A stretch of DNA of 64,000 nucleotides from a bacterium (GCA_963669175.1 OY769902.1:3296001-3360000); one strand, 5' to 3'. Shown: positions 40,000-49,060, numbered from the stretch's first letter. The notes: generated by a model from the sequence alone, not told the origin. Numbers and translations are program-made.

Positions 40000-40267
40000 C
40001 ACAACTCCATGCGTTTGGTTTTCAAAAAGATACACGTTGATAAAATCCAAATCAAGGCTCGTTCGGTTAGCGAAGAGGCCGAAAATGCAAGCCTTGATTG
40101 TTTCTTCAGAAACACCTGATATCTGCTGTTTAACCAGTATCATAAGTAGACGTTAGGGCTCTTCGTAGCATGGCAGGTATGCATAACCAGAATGAATTGT
40201 GCAAAAATTACACACTGTTTGTATATGAAAAGTCAGTAAACTATTGTAAAATATAGATACAAGATAC

Positions 40268-40283
40268 TGGCATTGGTCTTGCT
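40268..40283 (+). promoter_or_regulatory. Putative sigma54 (-24/-12) promoter
   Basis: TGGCAT-TGGTC-TTGCT with exact spacing, about 50 bp upstream of ORF 40334. Confidence 0.65.
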
Positions 40284-40333
40284 GTTGTAACTTACGGTTA
40301 TATTGTTCGTTAGGGTGTTTTCAGGAGTAAGTC

Positions 40334-40543
40334 ATGGCAGTTTTGTCCGACCAGTTTGGACGCAGGTACGATCTTGATGTCTTCCGTGCGCAACCGCGAC
40401 AGGAAACACAGCCGTCAAGAATCGAACCAGGCGCGAACAATGAGGCCACTTTGAAGGAAGTACGGGAGCAAAGGACCGTCTCTTTTCGTTCCAACGTCCT
40501 GTTCGGGAATTCATTCCGCCCATCTGCGGTGCTGGGTTGCTGA
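40334..40543 (+). CDS. Small orphan protein (69 aa, ends LGC-UGA)
   Basis: RBS AGGAG, its own sigma54-like promoter and its own terminator. No family recognised. Confidence 0.6.
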   Translation: MAVLSDQFGRRYDLDVFRAQPRQETQPSRIEPGANNEATLKEVREQRTVSFRSNVLFGNSFRPSAVLGC

Positions 40544-40567
40544 ACGATAGGGAGTGTGGAAACGGTT

Positions 40568-40598
40568 CCCTTCTGCCTGGATGGCGGGAGGGTTTTTT
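40568..40598 (+). terminator. Intrinsic terminator
   Basis: CCCTTCTGCC-TGGAT-GGCGGGAGGG-TTTTTT. Confidence 0.8.
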
Positions 40599-41565
40599 AT
40601 TGAATATTGTCCTTCTTCGACTTGTCAATGTTAAACGAAAACACGTCCGGACGTGAATAATGACCATCAACATCCAGACGTTGCAATCCTTCAAGAACCT
40701 GACCGGGTTCGATTTCACCATAAAGCACGGCAGGTTTCCCGAAACAGGGTTCGATAATGTAGCTGGAATCCGGCGCGATCAATGAGCTGCCACCATTGTA
40801 CAATACAGTAGCATCATCACCTGGAATTGACTGCAATATATCCCAGGCTTCAGGCTCGGTTCGGCGCAACGAGTGGAAGCCTTCCAGAACATTTTGCCGA
40901 GTCAGAACAGTACCAGCGGCCGCGACAAAACACTGGCCTTCGAAAGCATAATGACGGCTGGCAAGGTCATGCAGTTCATGCACGCCCGGCCACTGGGCAA
41001 TATGGAGGACTTCATGATGTGCATGCATGGCAGCGCGCGCAGCGGGCATCCAATGTTCCCAGCAGATCAATCCACCAACAGGGCCGAAGTCCGTTTGTAA
41101 GGCTCCCAGTGTACTTCCGTCGCCACGTCCCCAGACAAGCCGTTCACCATGCGTCGGAACCAGTTTCCTGCGAAGGACAAAGCTCTTTCCATCCGTATCG
41201 AGCAACAGCATGATATTGTACAGAGAATTACCAATTCGCTCATGTGCTCCCATTATGATATGGATGTGATGTTTCAAACCGGCATAGAGCAGTTGGTCAA
41301 GTTCCGGACCAGGGATGCCCATACTGTTTTCGAGGAGAAGCCTGTGAAGCGCTTTTGAACCCGCTGAATCCCACTGTGCGGCTTCGGGGGCAGAATCTAT
41401 CCAGACTGGGTAGCCAGGCAACCAGGTCTCAGGAAAAACAATAACATTAGCATCTTCGCGGGATGCTTCTTCAATAAGACTGATTGCCTTTCGCATACTG
41501 TCAGCTAAATTCAGAAATACCGGTGGTTGTTGAACCAGGGCAACCAGGATCGGCTGATTCTTCAT
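40597..41565 (-). CDS. Nitrilase (carbon-nitrogen hydrolase)
   Basis: VFPETWLPGYP, RRKLVPTHGER, GGLICWEHW, DVDGHYSRPD give the E-K-C triad. Confidence 0.92.
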   Translation of the reverse strand: MKNQPILVALVQQPPVFLNLADSMRKAISLIEEASREDANVIVFPETWLPGYPVWIDSAPEAAQWDSAGSKALHRLLLENSMGIPGPELDQLLYAGLKHHIHIIMGAHERIGNSLYNIMLLLDTDGKSFVLRRKLVPTHGERLVWGRGDGSTLGALQTDFGPVGGLICWEHWMPAARAAMHAHHEVLHIAQWPGVHELHDLASRHYAFEGQCFVAAAGTVLTRQNVLEGFHSLRRTEPEAWDILQSIPGDDATVLYNGGSSLIAPDSSYIIEPCFGKPAVLYGEIEPGQVLEGLQRLDVDGHYSRPDVFSFNIDKSKKDNIQ

Positions 41566-41575
41566 CAATCACTCC

Positions 41576-42856
41576 TTACAGTTTCCCCTCAACGGCTTGC
41601 TGATGAAGCTCGAAAATCAGGTTCTTCTGGATATTCGTCAGTTCAATTTTACGCCTTTCCATCACGATGGAGGCTGTTTGAATGAATTTTTTGTAGTCAT
41701 ACATCTCAAATCCGGCTTTTCCACCCCAACGGAAAGCGCCAATTGTCTTGGGGGGGAAGCCTTCGCCAAACAACACTGTTCCCAGGCCAATGACGGTACC
41801 GGTATTGAGTTGAGTGTTGATCGCAGTCTTGACGTGGTCGCCGATAATAGACCCGAAAAAGGTTGTCCCGGTAGAGATGCTTTCGCCGTCAAGTACGATT
41901 TTAACTGGCGAATAGTTATTCTTCAGATCGCTGTTGTTCGTATCTGCGCCAAGATTCACCCATTCACCAACAAGTGCGTGGCCAAGGAATCCTTCATGCT
42001 GTTTATTGCTGTACCCGAGGATGATAGAGTTTTCGATCTCGCCGCCAAGTTTGCAGACCGGGCCGATTGACAGCGGACCGTAAAGCTTTGCGCCGGATTT
42101 AACCGTACAGCCACGTCCGAGAACTACCGGTCCCATGATGATAGCGCCGGGCAGAATCTTGCAGTCTTCTTCGATAATGATCGGCCCCTCGGACGCATCC
42201 AGGATTGCTCCGGCGCCGACTGTTGAACCCTCACCTATATGAATCTCGCCTGGTTCTGCAAGAATAGCTTTATGATGAACATCGCCGTTGATAGTGCCGC
42301 TTCGCATGGCTTGGAAGTCAGCACGGATCAAGGCTTCATGTTGATTCAGCATTTCCCACGGCCAGAAGATCAATGATCCGGGGACTTCCTCGATCTGTAC
42401 TTCCGGAACACGCTTTTCCTGGGCCCAGATATTCAACAGGGTTCGTGCAGAGTAATCGGCAGGATCATCAATTCTTCCTGAGAACAGCCATTTTTCTGCG
42501 ATACGGACAGGGATACGTACTGCGACCACGTCAGGGCCGTCTGTCCACAACGTCGGAGGAAAATCCTTCTCCATTGCCTGTGAAGGAATGTTGGCAAATG
42601 CACGACCATTCACCAGCAGGATCTGGCCACGTGATGGTAGGGAATCAATGTCCGTTCTGCCGATCTGTTCTTCAACCAGACTGGTTAGGACTTTGCGTGG
42701 GATGTAGCCGGATGGGGTGGCATTTATCATGCCATTAATACGTTCTTCCAGAGTTTTACGCCCCATCCGTAGTTTCCAGACCGGACGGTTGCTGGTAAGT
42801 GGTCCAAAACGACGCCAGCCGGGGTCTTCAAAAAGGTAGAGTGGTATATTCGACAT
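41576..42856 (-). CDS. Alternative GlmU-like sugar nucleotidyl/acyltransferase
   Basis: LFED..FGPLTSNRPV, hexapeptide repeats, SNKQHEGFLGHALVGEWVNLGADTNNSDLKNNY. Start ATG 42856. Confidence 0.88.
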   Translation of the reverse strand: MSNIPLYLFEDPGWRRFGPLTSNRPVWKLRMGRKTLEERINGMINATPSGYIPRKVLTSLVEEQIGRTDIDSLPSRGQILLVNGRAFANIPSQAMEKDFPPTLWTDGPDVVAVRIPVRIAEKWLFSGRIDDPADYSARTLLNIWAQEKRVPEVQIEEVPGSLIFWPWEMLNQHEALIRADFQAMRSGTINGDVHHKAILAEPGEIHIGEGSTVGAGAILDASEGPIIIEEDCKILPGAIIMGPVVLGRGCTVKSGAKLYGPLSIGPVCKLGGEIENSIILGYSNKQHEGFLGHALVGEWVNLGADTNNSDLKNNYSPVKIVLDGESISTGTTFFGSIIGDHVKTAINTQLNTGTVIGLGTVLFGEGFPPKTIGAFRWGGKAGFEMYDYKKFIQTASIVMERRKIELTNIQKNLIFELHQQAVEGKL

Positions 42857-43033
42857 AACTGCCTCCTGTTGCCGTGGAAAATAGAGGCTCAGAAGAGAAA
42901 GTCCAATAGGCAAGGCGTGTCAAGGTGTGTTCGTCTCTTATAGAGAGCCGTTGCACTTTCCTTAGCCCTATAAAAGTCTTATGTTTGACGTCACTGGTTT
43001 TTCGTTTTTACAGGGAACATAGGGGATTATTTC

Positions 43034-43360
43034 ATGAGTGAACGGCCTCGTACCTACATCAAACGTGATGTCGTCGAGAAGACCGCGAAGAATTCCGGCT
43101 TGGATCCAAAAGTTGTTGCGCCGATTGTAGATGCTACCTTCGCAACCTTACGTGAAATGATCACAGACACTCCCGGCGAATGTCGGATCGAGATTCGTGA
43201 TTTTGGCGTTCTCCAGGTCAAAAACACTGCCCCGAAACCCAAGGCGCGTAATCCGCGTAAACCCGGACAGGAAATTTACATCCCGGCACGCCGGAAGACC
43301 CATTTCCGCCCAGGACGCAAGATTAAGGAAGCCTTGCAGGTTCCGCTGGACGATAAGTAA
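43034..43360 (+). CDS. HU/IHF-family DNA-binding protein
   Basis: RIEIRDFGVL..ARNPRKPGQEIYIPARRKTHFRPGR. Confidence 0.92.
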   Translation: MSERPRTYIKRDVVEKTAKNSGLDPKVVAPIVDATFATLREMITDTPGECRIEIRDFGVLQVKNTAPKPKARNPRKPGQEIYIPARRKTHFRPGRKIKEALQVPLDDK

Positions 43361-43389
43361 TACCTGCATATTGAAAAAGAGATTGACAG

Positions 43390-43614
43390 ATGCGTATTTC
43401 GATTACGTACTGTGTGGTGTGAAACTATTATCCAAGCGCCGCCAGGTTGGCGGAAGACATTAAAAAGCAATATCCCGATTGTTCAATAGAATACACAAAA
43501 GGTGGCGGCGGTATTTTCGATGTCCGCTTAAACGATAAGCTGATTTATTCCAAACACCAGACAGGACGATTCCCTGACAGTAACGAAGTGATGGTATTGA
43601 TAAACGGCCGATAG
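43390..43614 (+). CDS. SelT/SelW/SelH (Rdx) family selenoprotein; in-frame UGA read as Sec
   Basis: Manual translation MRISITYCVV-U-NYYPSAARLAEDIKKQYPDCSIEYTKGGGGIFDVRLNDKLIYSKHQTGRFPDSNEVMVLINGR*. CxxU motif with TGA at 43420-43422 and Rdx motifs GGIFDV, IYSK, GRFP. Absent from the ORF track. Confidence 0.92.
43439..43453 (+). promoter_or_regulatory. Bacterial SECIS-like hairpin
   Basis: CCGCCA-GGT-TGGCGG starting 16 nt after the UGA, with a G-leading apical loop. Confidence 0.7.
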
Positions 43615-43625
43615 GCCGTTTTTTT
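43602..43625 (+). terminator. Intrinsic terminator overlapping the selenoprotein stop
   Basis: AAACGGCC-GATA-GGCCGTTT-TTTT. Confidence 0.75.
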
Positions 43626-43642
43626 ATCCGGTGGAGGTTCGG

Positions 43643-43840
43643 ATGAAAAACAGACGTGACGGTGATCGAAGGGACAATGATCGTCGGCAGGACCAGGAAA
43701 CTGCGGCTAGCTGGGATGGCGTTGAAAGAAGAAAACAGGACCGCAGGGAGAAAGAAAGACGTATTAAAGAAGCCAGAAAACAACATCGGCTTGAAAAACA
43801 GTTCAGGATCGATGAAGCTGTTGATCTGCCAAAGAAATAA
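43643..43840 (+). CDS. Small charged protein with DRR/ERR repeats
   Basis: GGAGG RBS before ATG 43643. Sequence NRRDGDRRDNDRR...ERRKQDRREKERR. Confidence 0.6.
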   Translation: MKNRRDGDRRDNDRRQDQETAASWDGVERRKQDRREKERRIKEARKQHRLEKQFRIDEAVDLPKK

Positions 43841-43849
43841 GTGACCATC

Positions 43850-44299
43850 ATGAGTATTGCCAGGCATATCATCTGCCCGAACTGTGGCGCGCAGGTAAAA
43901 GAGTACAGTAATCCCAAGCCAACGGTCGATGTCATTATTCGCTATCAAGGTGGTGTTGTCCTGATTGAGCGAACGAATGAACCGCCGGGATGGGCGTTGC
44001 CGGGTGGGTTTATCGATTACGGTGAAACTGTGGAACATGCCGCACACCGTGAAATGATGGAAGAAACCGGTCTGAAACTGGAAAATCTCGAACTGTTTAC
44101 GGTTCGCTCAGAACCCCACCGTGACCCTCGTCATCATACCATTACCGTCATCTATACTGCAGATGGAGTGGGGGAATTGAAGGCCGGTGATGATGCAGGT
44201 GATGCGAAGGTATATACAGCCGAAACCTTGCCAGATGTAATCGCCTTCGATCACCGAGAAGTGCTGCAACTATACTTCGAGCAGACAAAAACGGTCTAA
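43850..44299 (+). CDS. NUDIX hydrolase with N-terminal Zn-ribbon half site
   Basis: CPNCG, WALPGGFIDYGETVEHAAHREMMEETGL Nudix box, RDPR, AGDDA. Confidence 0.92.
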   Translation: MSIARHIICPNCGAQVKEYSNPKPTVDVIIRYQGGVVLIERTNEPPGWALPGGFIDYGETVEHAAHREMMEETGLKLENLELFTVRSEPHRDPRHHTITVIYTADGVGELKAGDDAGDAKVYTAETLPDVIAFDHREVLQLYFEQTKTV

Positions 44300-44440
44300 C
44301 CATAATCCTTGTCCTTTCATATCTTTTGTTTGATTGCCCTATTTGTTCGTCAAACAGGGTATACTCTAATGTGAATAAAGAAAAGCTTTGTAAAAAATAT
44401 TGCTGTTCTCGATTCTAATATGTCTTAATGGTGATTGCCG

Positions 44441-44630
44441 GGAAAAGGGGACGGGATCCTTTTCCTCGCACTGATACAGACTATTCCTGAAGTATTTCTG
44501 GAAAAGGAAACTGTCCCCTTTTCCGTGTAATTCATGCCTGCTAGCAAGAAAAAGGGTACAGCCACCTTTCCCGGTCCATACTCACAGCGGGAAGGCTTTG
44601 CCCCAGGGAAAGGAGGCAGTCCCCTTTTTC
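44441..44630. repeat. Four 25-bp imperfect palindromes arranged as two inverted pairs (REP/REPIN-like)
   Basis: 44441-44465, 44500-44524, 44548-44572, 44606-44630. Consensus approximately GGAAAAGGGGACAGTCCCCTTTTCC. Gaps of 34, 23 and 33 bp. Confidence 0.7.
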
Positions 44631-44956
44631 CATATCCTTTCATCCAACCATATAGTGGATTCTTCACTGAAATTGCACATGGCCATATGACGGAATTGCC
44701 ATGTAATTCATATTTGAAGAGCAAACAGGGATAAGGTGTAGAGGAAATCAAAAGGGGGGATCACCAATTGGACTTCAAGGAGTATTCTCAAATTAGACTT
44801 CACGATGAAGTATTCCCCAAGAGCAAAAAACTTCCACTCCGAAATCTTGTCCGCGAGTAAGCCCTGTCCTAACTTCATGCCCATTGTTAGGCAAGTCAAA
44901 TCGTTTGTCTTAATAGTTTCCACATTTCACAAAACATTGATTCTGAGAGGAAAAAC

Positions 44957-45580
44957 ATGTGTGACTGTCATTGTGACGATTACGCTGTAGCGCGTATTGG
45001 TGAAGAGGTTGAAGACTTTGCAGCTTCCGCATTTGCTGGTGGTAAACTTCACGATTCCCTGAAGCTGTCTGAATACAAGGGCAAGTGGGTTGTTCTCTTT
45101 TTCTACCCGGCCGATTTTACCTTCGTCTGCCCGACTGAATTGACCGGCGTGGCAAAGGTGTATGACCAGATCAAGGAAATGGGCGCTGAAGTGCTGTCAA
45201 TCAGCACCGATTCCCATTTTGTCCACATGATGTGGAACGAATACGAACTGAGCAAGATGGTGGCTGGCGGATTGCCCTACCCGATGCTGTACGATGCCGA
45301 TGGACGCATTGGTCGTTATTTCCAGGTATACAACGAAGTCAGCGGCATGGATCTCCGTGGCACCTTCATCATTGACCCGGACGGAGTTCTCCAAGCCCAG
45401 GAAGTCTTTGCCACGAATGTTGGCCGTAGCGCGAAAGAACTGGTCCGCCAGTTGGCCGCGTTCAAGTTCTCACGTGACAACGGTGGCGTGATTCCCTGCG
45501 ATTGGCAGCCGGGTGAAGCAGCCATGAAGCCGAGCGAAGACCTTGTCGGTCACGTTTACGAAAAGTTTGAAGGAAAATAA
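44957..45580 (+). CDS. Peroxiredoxin (AhpC/PrxU-like, Cys form)
   Basis: KGKWVVLFFYPADFTFVCPTEL, RGTFIIDPDG, VGRS, IPCDWQPG. Confidence 0.92.
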   Translation: MCDCHCDDYAVARIGEEVEDFAASAFAGGKLHDSLKLSEYKGKWVVLFFYPADFTFVCPTELTGVAKVYDQIKEMGAEVLSISTDSHFVHMMWNEYELSKMVAGGLPYPMLYDADGRIGRYFQVYNEVSGMDLRGTFIIDPDGVLQAQEVFATNVGRSAKELVRQLAAFKFSRDNGGVIPCDWQPGEAAMKPSEDLVGHVYEKFEGK

Positions 45581-45615
45581 AAGGTAGACCAATCCAAAAG
45601 GATGGTAGCCCATTC

Positions 45616-45644
45616 ACCCGTTCCGGTTGCCGGAGCGGGTTTTT
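45616..45644 (+). terminator. Intrinsic terminator
   Basis: ACCCGTTCCGG-TTG-CCGGAGCGGGT-TTTT. Confidence 0.8.
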
Positions 45645-46813
45645 CAGTGTGCTGGTTCAAGGATAAGCAATGCGATTTCGGGAGTAGTCCCAATGCGCAT
45701 TGGTGGTCCCCATGAACCATACCCGGGGCTGATATAAAGCTGCATACCGTTCTTCAGTGTATACAGTCCCTCAACCACATTATAACTCATTTTTACGAAC
45801 ATCTTTGCAGGCCACAATTGTCCACCATGTGTGTGGCCACTAAGTTGAAGGTCAGCGCCTGCATTTGCAGCTTCATCCAGTTTAACTGGTGTATGGTGGA
45901 TTACAATCAGGGGAAGTTGATTAGCTTCGTTTCCGGTTGACTGCTTCGCTGATTCCATCAGTTCTGCCACAGACGGGATTGTATCGCTGAAACGACCCAT
46001 CGTTGGCCGATCTTCCAGACCAAGAAGAATCAACTTGTCATCCAGAATAGAGCTCTGATCTTGTAGCAAAGTAATCCCACTATTACGGAAGAACTGGATG
46101 GAACCTTTCATGTCGTGATAATATTCATGATTACCGAGGACGCCAAATACACCATTGGGGGCGTTCAGTTGCTGCAAATGCTTCTCCCATCCGACCATTC
46201 TTGAAGCCGATTCATCCAGCAGGTCGCCACCGATGACGATCAGGTCTGGATTTAACGCATTGATATCGCTCACCATCTTTTGCAATCGTTTTTCACCGAC
46301 AATGGCTCCGAGATGAACATCAGACACAAATGCAATTCGGATCGGATCGGACTGCGGTTGCATGGAAGCGAGCTGGACATGCACTTCATTTACGATGGGT
46401 CGGTATGAACGCCAGGTGCCATACACAGCCAGAATCGCAATCACTCCTGTTATTCCAAGGATCAGATACTGGCTGCCGGGTGTTGATGTGAAGAAAGAAC
46501 GTGGGATAACTCCGGCAAAGTGGTTGACTAGACGGACCGCATCTTTCACAAGAAAGATGAAAAAGAAATAGAACATGATTCCCACCCAAAACGAGCCCAG
46601 CCAGATAAAAAAATTACTGACAGGGTTGACCGGGAAGCCGTAAAGAAAGCGTGACATGGGAAAAGAGAGGATCAGCAGCAACAAACCCCAGCGCAGAACG
46701 CTTCCCCATGTGCCTGACAGCGCCGCCATTTGCATTACAGAACGGTGAATATACCAGTTCACAGATGTATAGACTGTCAGCGCGACTGCGATGAATATGA
46801 TCATGCCCTTCAT
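45644..46813 (-). CDS. Membrane-anchored metallophosphoesterase (YkuE-like)
   Basis: N-terminal TM helices, SDVHLG, GGDLLD, LGNHEYY, LSGHTHGGQ, WGPPMRIG. Confidence 0.9.
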   Translation of the reverse strand: MKGMIIFIAVALTVYTSVNWYIHRSVMQMAALSGTWGSVLRWGLLLLILSFPMSRFLYGFPVNPVSNFFIWLGSFWVGIMFYFFFIFLVKDAVRLVNHFAGVIPRSFFTSTPGSQYLILGITGVIAILAVYGTWRSYRPIVNEVHVQLASMQPQSDPIRIAFVSDVHLGAIVGEKRLQKMVSDINALNPDLIVIGGDLLDESASRMVGWEKHLQQLNAPNGVFGVLGNHEYYHDMKGSIQFFRNSGITLLQDQSSILDDKLILLGLEDRPTMGRFSDTIPSVAELMESAKQSTGNEANQLPLIVIHHTPVKLDEAANAGADLQLSGHTHGGQLWPAKMFVKMSYNVVEGLYTLKNGMQLYISPGYGSWGPPMRIGTTPEIALLILEPAH

Positions 46814-46959
46814 GGTATATCTTTCCTTTTACTGGAGAAAGCATCAAGGTACAATCGTAATCACCGTCAGGAAATGCTTCCGTGATGATCAATCGCACGT
46901 GCATGACGCCTTGGGATTATATACCTTGTTTCAATCCAAAAAGATCCGGAGGATTTCTT

Positions 46960-47805
46960 GTGAGAGTTGGCGGCTGCATGGTCGTAAAGAATGAAGCGGA
47001 TGTCATTGAACAGAACATCCGTTTTCATTTGGACAAACAGGGGTTTGATATCCTGCTGGTTGTGGATAATGCTTCCACTGATGACACGTGGTCCATTCTG
47101 CAGGATATGAAAGAACCACGTTTACTGCTGTTTCGAACGGGATGGCAGGATGGATTTGTCCAGGATACAGCTACGACGGAAGGAAGTGAGGCGCTGTTTA
47201 CTCAACACGGCTGCGATTGGGTACTGCCAATTGACGCGGATGAATACTGGTTAAGTGAAACTTTTCCTACCGTTCACGATGCACTTTCCCAGATAGATCC
47301 TTCTTATAACCTGTACAGCACATTTGCCTATGATTTTGTCATGACAGAGCTGGATGATCCCAATGAGTCGGATTTCCGTAAACGGATGCAGTATGCTCGA
47401 ATACATCCAACTCCCAAAATGATACTCCGGAAACTGGGGGGCCAGATCAAATACATCATGATCGGCAGTCATATCGTCTACCTGAACGATGAATCACTTC
47501 GCAAAGAGGTTGGAATTCAACCGGAAGTTCTTTGTCGCTACCATTATCGTTACATCAGCAAAGAACAGATCATGCGTAAAATTCTGTATAAAGCGGAAGG
47601 GTATATCGTTCGAACCAAGGGCGAATGGCTGCATCAGGGCCGGAAAGGGCTGCACGGAAGACATGTACGGGACATGTATTTCAAGATCAGGGAAGGTAAA
47701 ATTGATGAGTTGTATGACACTCTGGTTCGTAAAGAACAACGAGTGCAGAGAAACCTGGAGCGTGATATTTTCTTTCACAAGAGAAAATTGCTTGACATGA
47801 TTTGA
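46960..47805 (+). CDS. Glycosyltransferase family 2-like protein
   Basis: MVVKNEADVIEQNIRFH, VDNASTDDT, WVLPIDADEY. GTG start after GGAGG. Confidence 0.82.
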   Translation: MRVGGCMVVKNEADVIEQNIRFHLDKQGFDILLVVDNASTDDTWSILQDMKEPRLLLFRTGWQDGFVQDTATTEGSEALFTQHGCDWVLPIDADEYWLSETFPTVHDALSQIDPSYNLYSTFAYDFVMTELDDPNESDFRKRMQYARIHPTPKMILRKLGGQIKYIMIGSHIVYLNDESLRKEVGIQPEVLCRYHYRYISKEQIMRKILYKAEGYIVRTKGEWLHQGRKGLHGRHVRDMYFKIREGKIDELYDTLVRKEQRVQRNLERDIFFHKRKLLDMI

Positions 47806-47830
47806 AGAATCCCGGTTTTCACAGAAAAAG

Positions 47831-47865
47831 AACACCCCCTGAGAGACAAATCCAGGGGGTGTTTC
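47831..47865. terminator. Bidirectional intrinsic terminator
   Basis: AACACCCCCTG...CAGGGGGTGTT with flanking A/T tracts. Confidence 0.75.
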
Positions 47866-47887
47866 ATATAGAAAGACAAGTAGTATG

Positions 47888-49060
47888 TTACTTGGGCATC
47901 CGCGGCGCTGTCTCGGCGATATCCTTCATCGCTGCAATAGCCGCATCGATGTGTTCTTCCTTGTTGAAAGCGCCGATAGAGAAACGGACAGTACCGTGAA
48001 GGTCAAGCGTTCCGATTTGCTCGTGAACCTTCGGCGCGCACTGCAGACCAGTACGGGTGGCGATGTTGTGATCCACATCCAGCATGATGCCGACATTCAT
48101 CGCTTCGATACCATCAATGTTCACGGAAACTGTTGAAAGATGATCGGTTAAGTCTTCGCATTTATAGAGGATAACGCCGTCAAGATCACGTATTCCTTCA
48201 ACCAGTTTCTTGAGCAGTTTGTGCTCGTGATTATAGATGTTTTCTACTCCGGTTTTGTCGATCCACTGCTGACCGGCCCAAAGCCCTGCAATGCCCATCA
48301 GGTTGGTCGTACCGAATTCAAGACGCCAGGGATACTCGTCCAAATGGTAGGGATAGGCAGAACGTACGCCAGTTCCGCCGCTACGTGTGGACTTGATGGT
48401 TACATGATCCCGCACACAGACACCACCGATTCCAGTCGGTCCCATCAGGGCTTTATGGCCGGTAAACGCGATCACGTCCAGACCCATATCCTGCATGTCA
48501 ATCGGGACAACGCCCGCTGTCTGGGATACATCCGCAGCAAACAGGCATTTATGGTCTGCCACCGCTTCGCTGATGGCTTTCAGGTTCTGAATTGTGCCGA
48601 TGACGTTGGAGCCATGATTTACGATGACCAGTTTCGTATTGGGGCGAAGGGCTTTCTTTACATCGTCCGGATCAATAAAGCCCTGTTCGTTGAAAGGAAG
48701 GAAAGTCACATCACAAATACCGTCACGCTGAAGTGTGTTCAAAGGACGGATGACCGAATTGTGTTCCAGATTGGTCGAAATGACGTGATCACCCTTTTCA
48801 ACGATACCGTTAATCACAAGGTTCAAACCATCGGTGGCGTTATAAGTGAAGACCATGCGTTCCGGCGAATCGCCGTTGAAAAACGTAACCAGCTTTTTAC
48901 GTGTATTTTCAACCATATCGCCGGCGCCGATAGCCATATCAAACCCGCTACGTCCGGGATTGACGCCATTGTTACGGTAGAATTCAGTCATGAAGTCGTA
49001 CATCTCAGGTGGTTTGGGCCATGCTGTTGCAGCGTTGTCCAGGTAGATCAGGTTTTCCAT
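47888..49060 (-). CDS. Class V aminotransferase, cysteine desulfurase/selenocysteine lyase family
   Basis: IYLDNAATAWPKP, LEHNSV, HGSNVIG, FTGHKALMGPTGIG, RTGLQCAP, GTVRFS. Start ATG 49060. Confidence 0.9.
   Translation of the reverse strand: MENLIYLDNAATAWPKPPEMYDFMTEFYRNNGVNPGRSGFDMAIGAGDMVENTRKKLVTFFNGDSPERMVFTYNATDGLNLVINGIVEKGDHVISTNLEHNSVIRPLNTLQRDGICDVTFLPFNEQGFIDPDDVKKALRPNTKLVIVNHGSNVIGTIQNLKAISEAVADHKCLFAADVSQTAGVVPIDMQDMGLDVIAFTGHKALMGPTGIGGVCVRDHVTIKSTRSGGTGVRSAYPYHLDEYPWRLEFGTTNLMGIAGLWAGQQWIDKTGVENIYNHEHKLLKKLVEGIRDLDGVILYKCEDLTDHLSTVSVNIDGIEAMNVGIMLDVDHNIATRTGLQCAPKVHEQIGTLDLHGTVRFSIGAFNKEEHIDAAIAAMKDIAETAPRMPK

Noticed and set aside
44441-44630. CRISPR array (25-bp palindromic repeats, ~33-bp gaps)
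   Set aside because: Repeats are too divergent, alternate in orientation and have uneven gaps (34/23/33). There are no cas genes in the window. Better explained as REP-like doublets.
45127-45135. Selenocysteine in the peroxiredoxin active site
   Set aside because: The codon is TGC (Cys) and the frame is uninterrupted.
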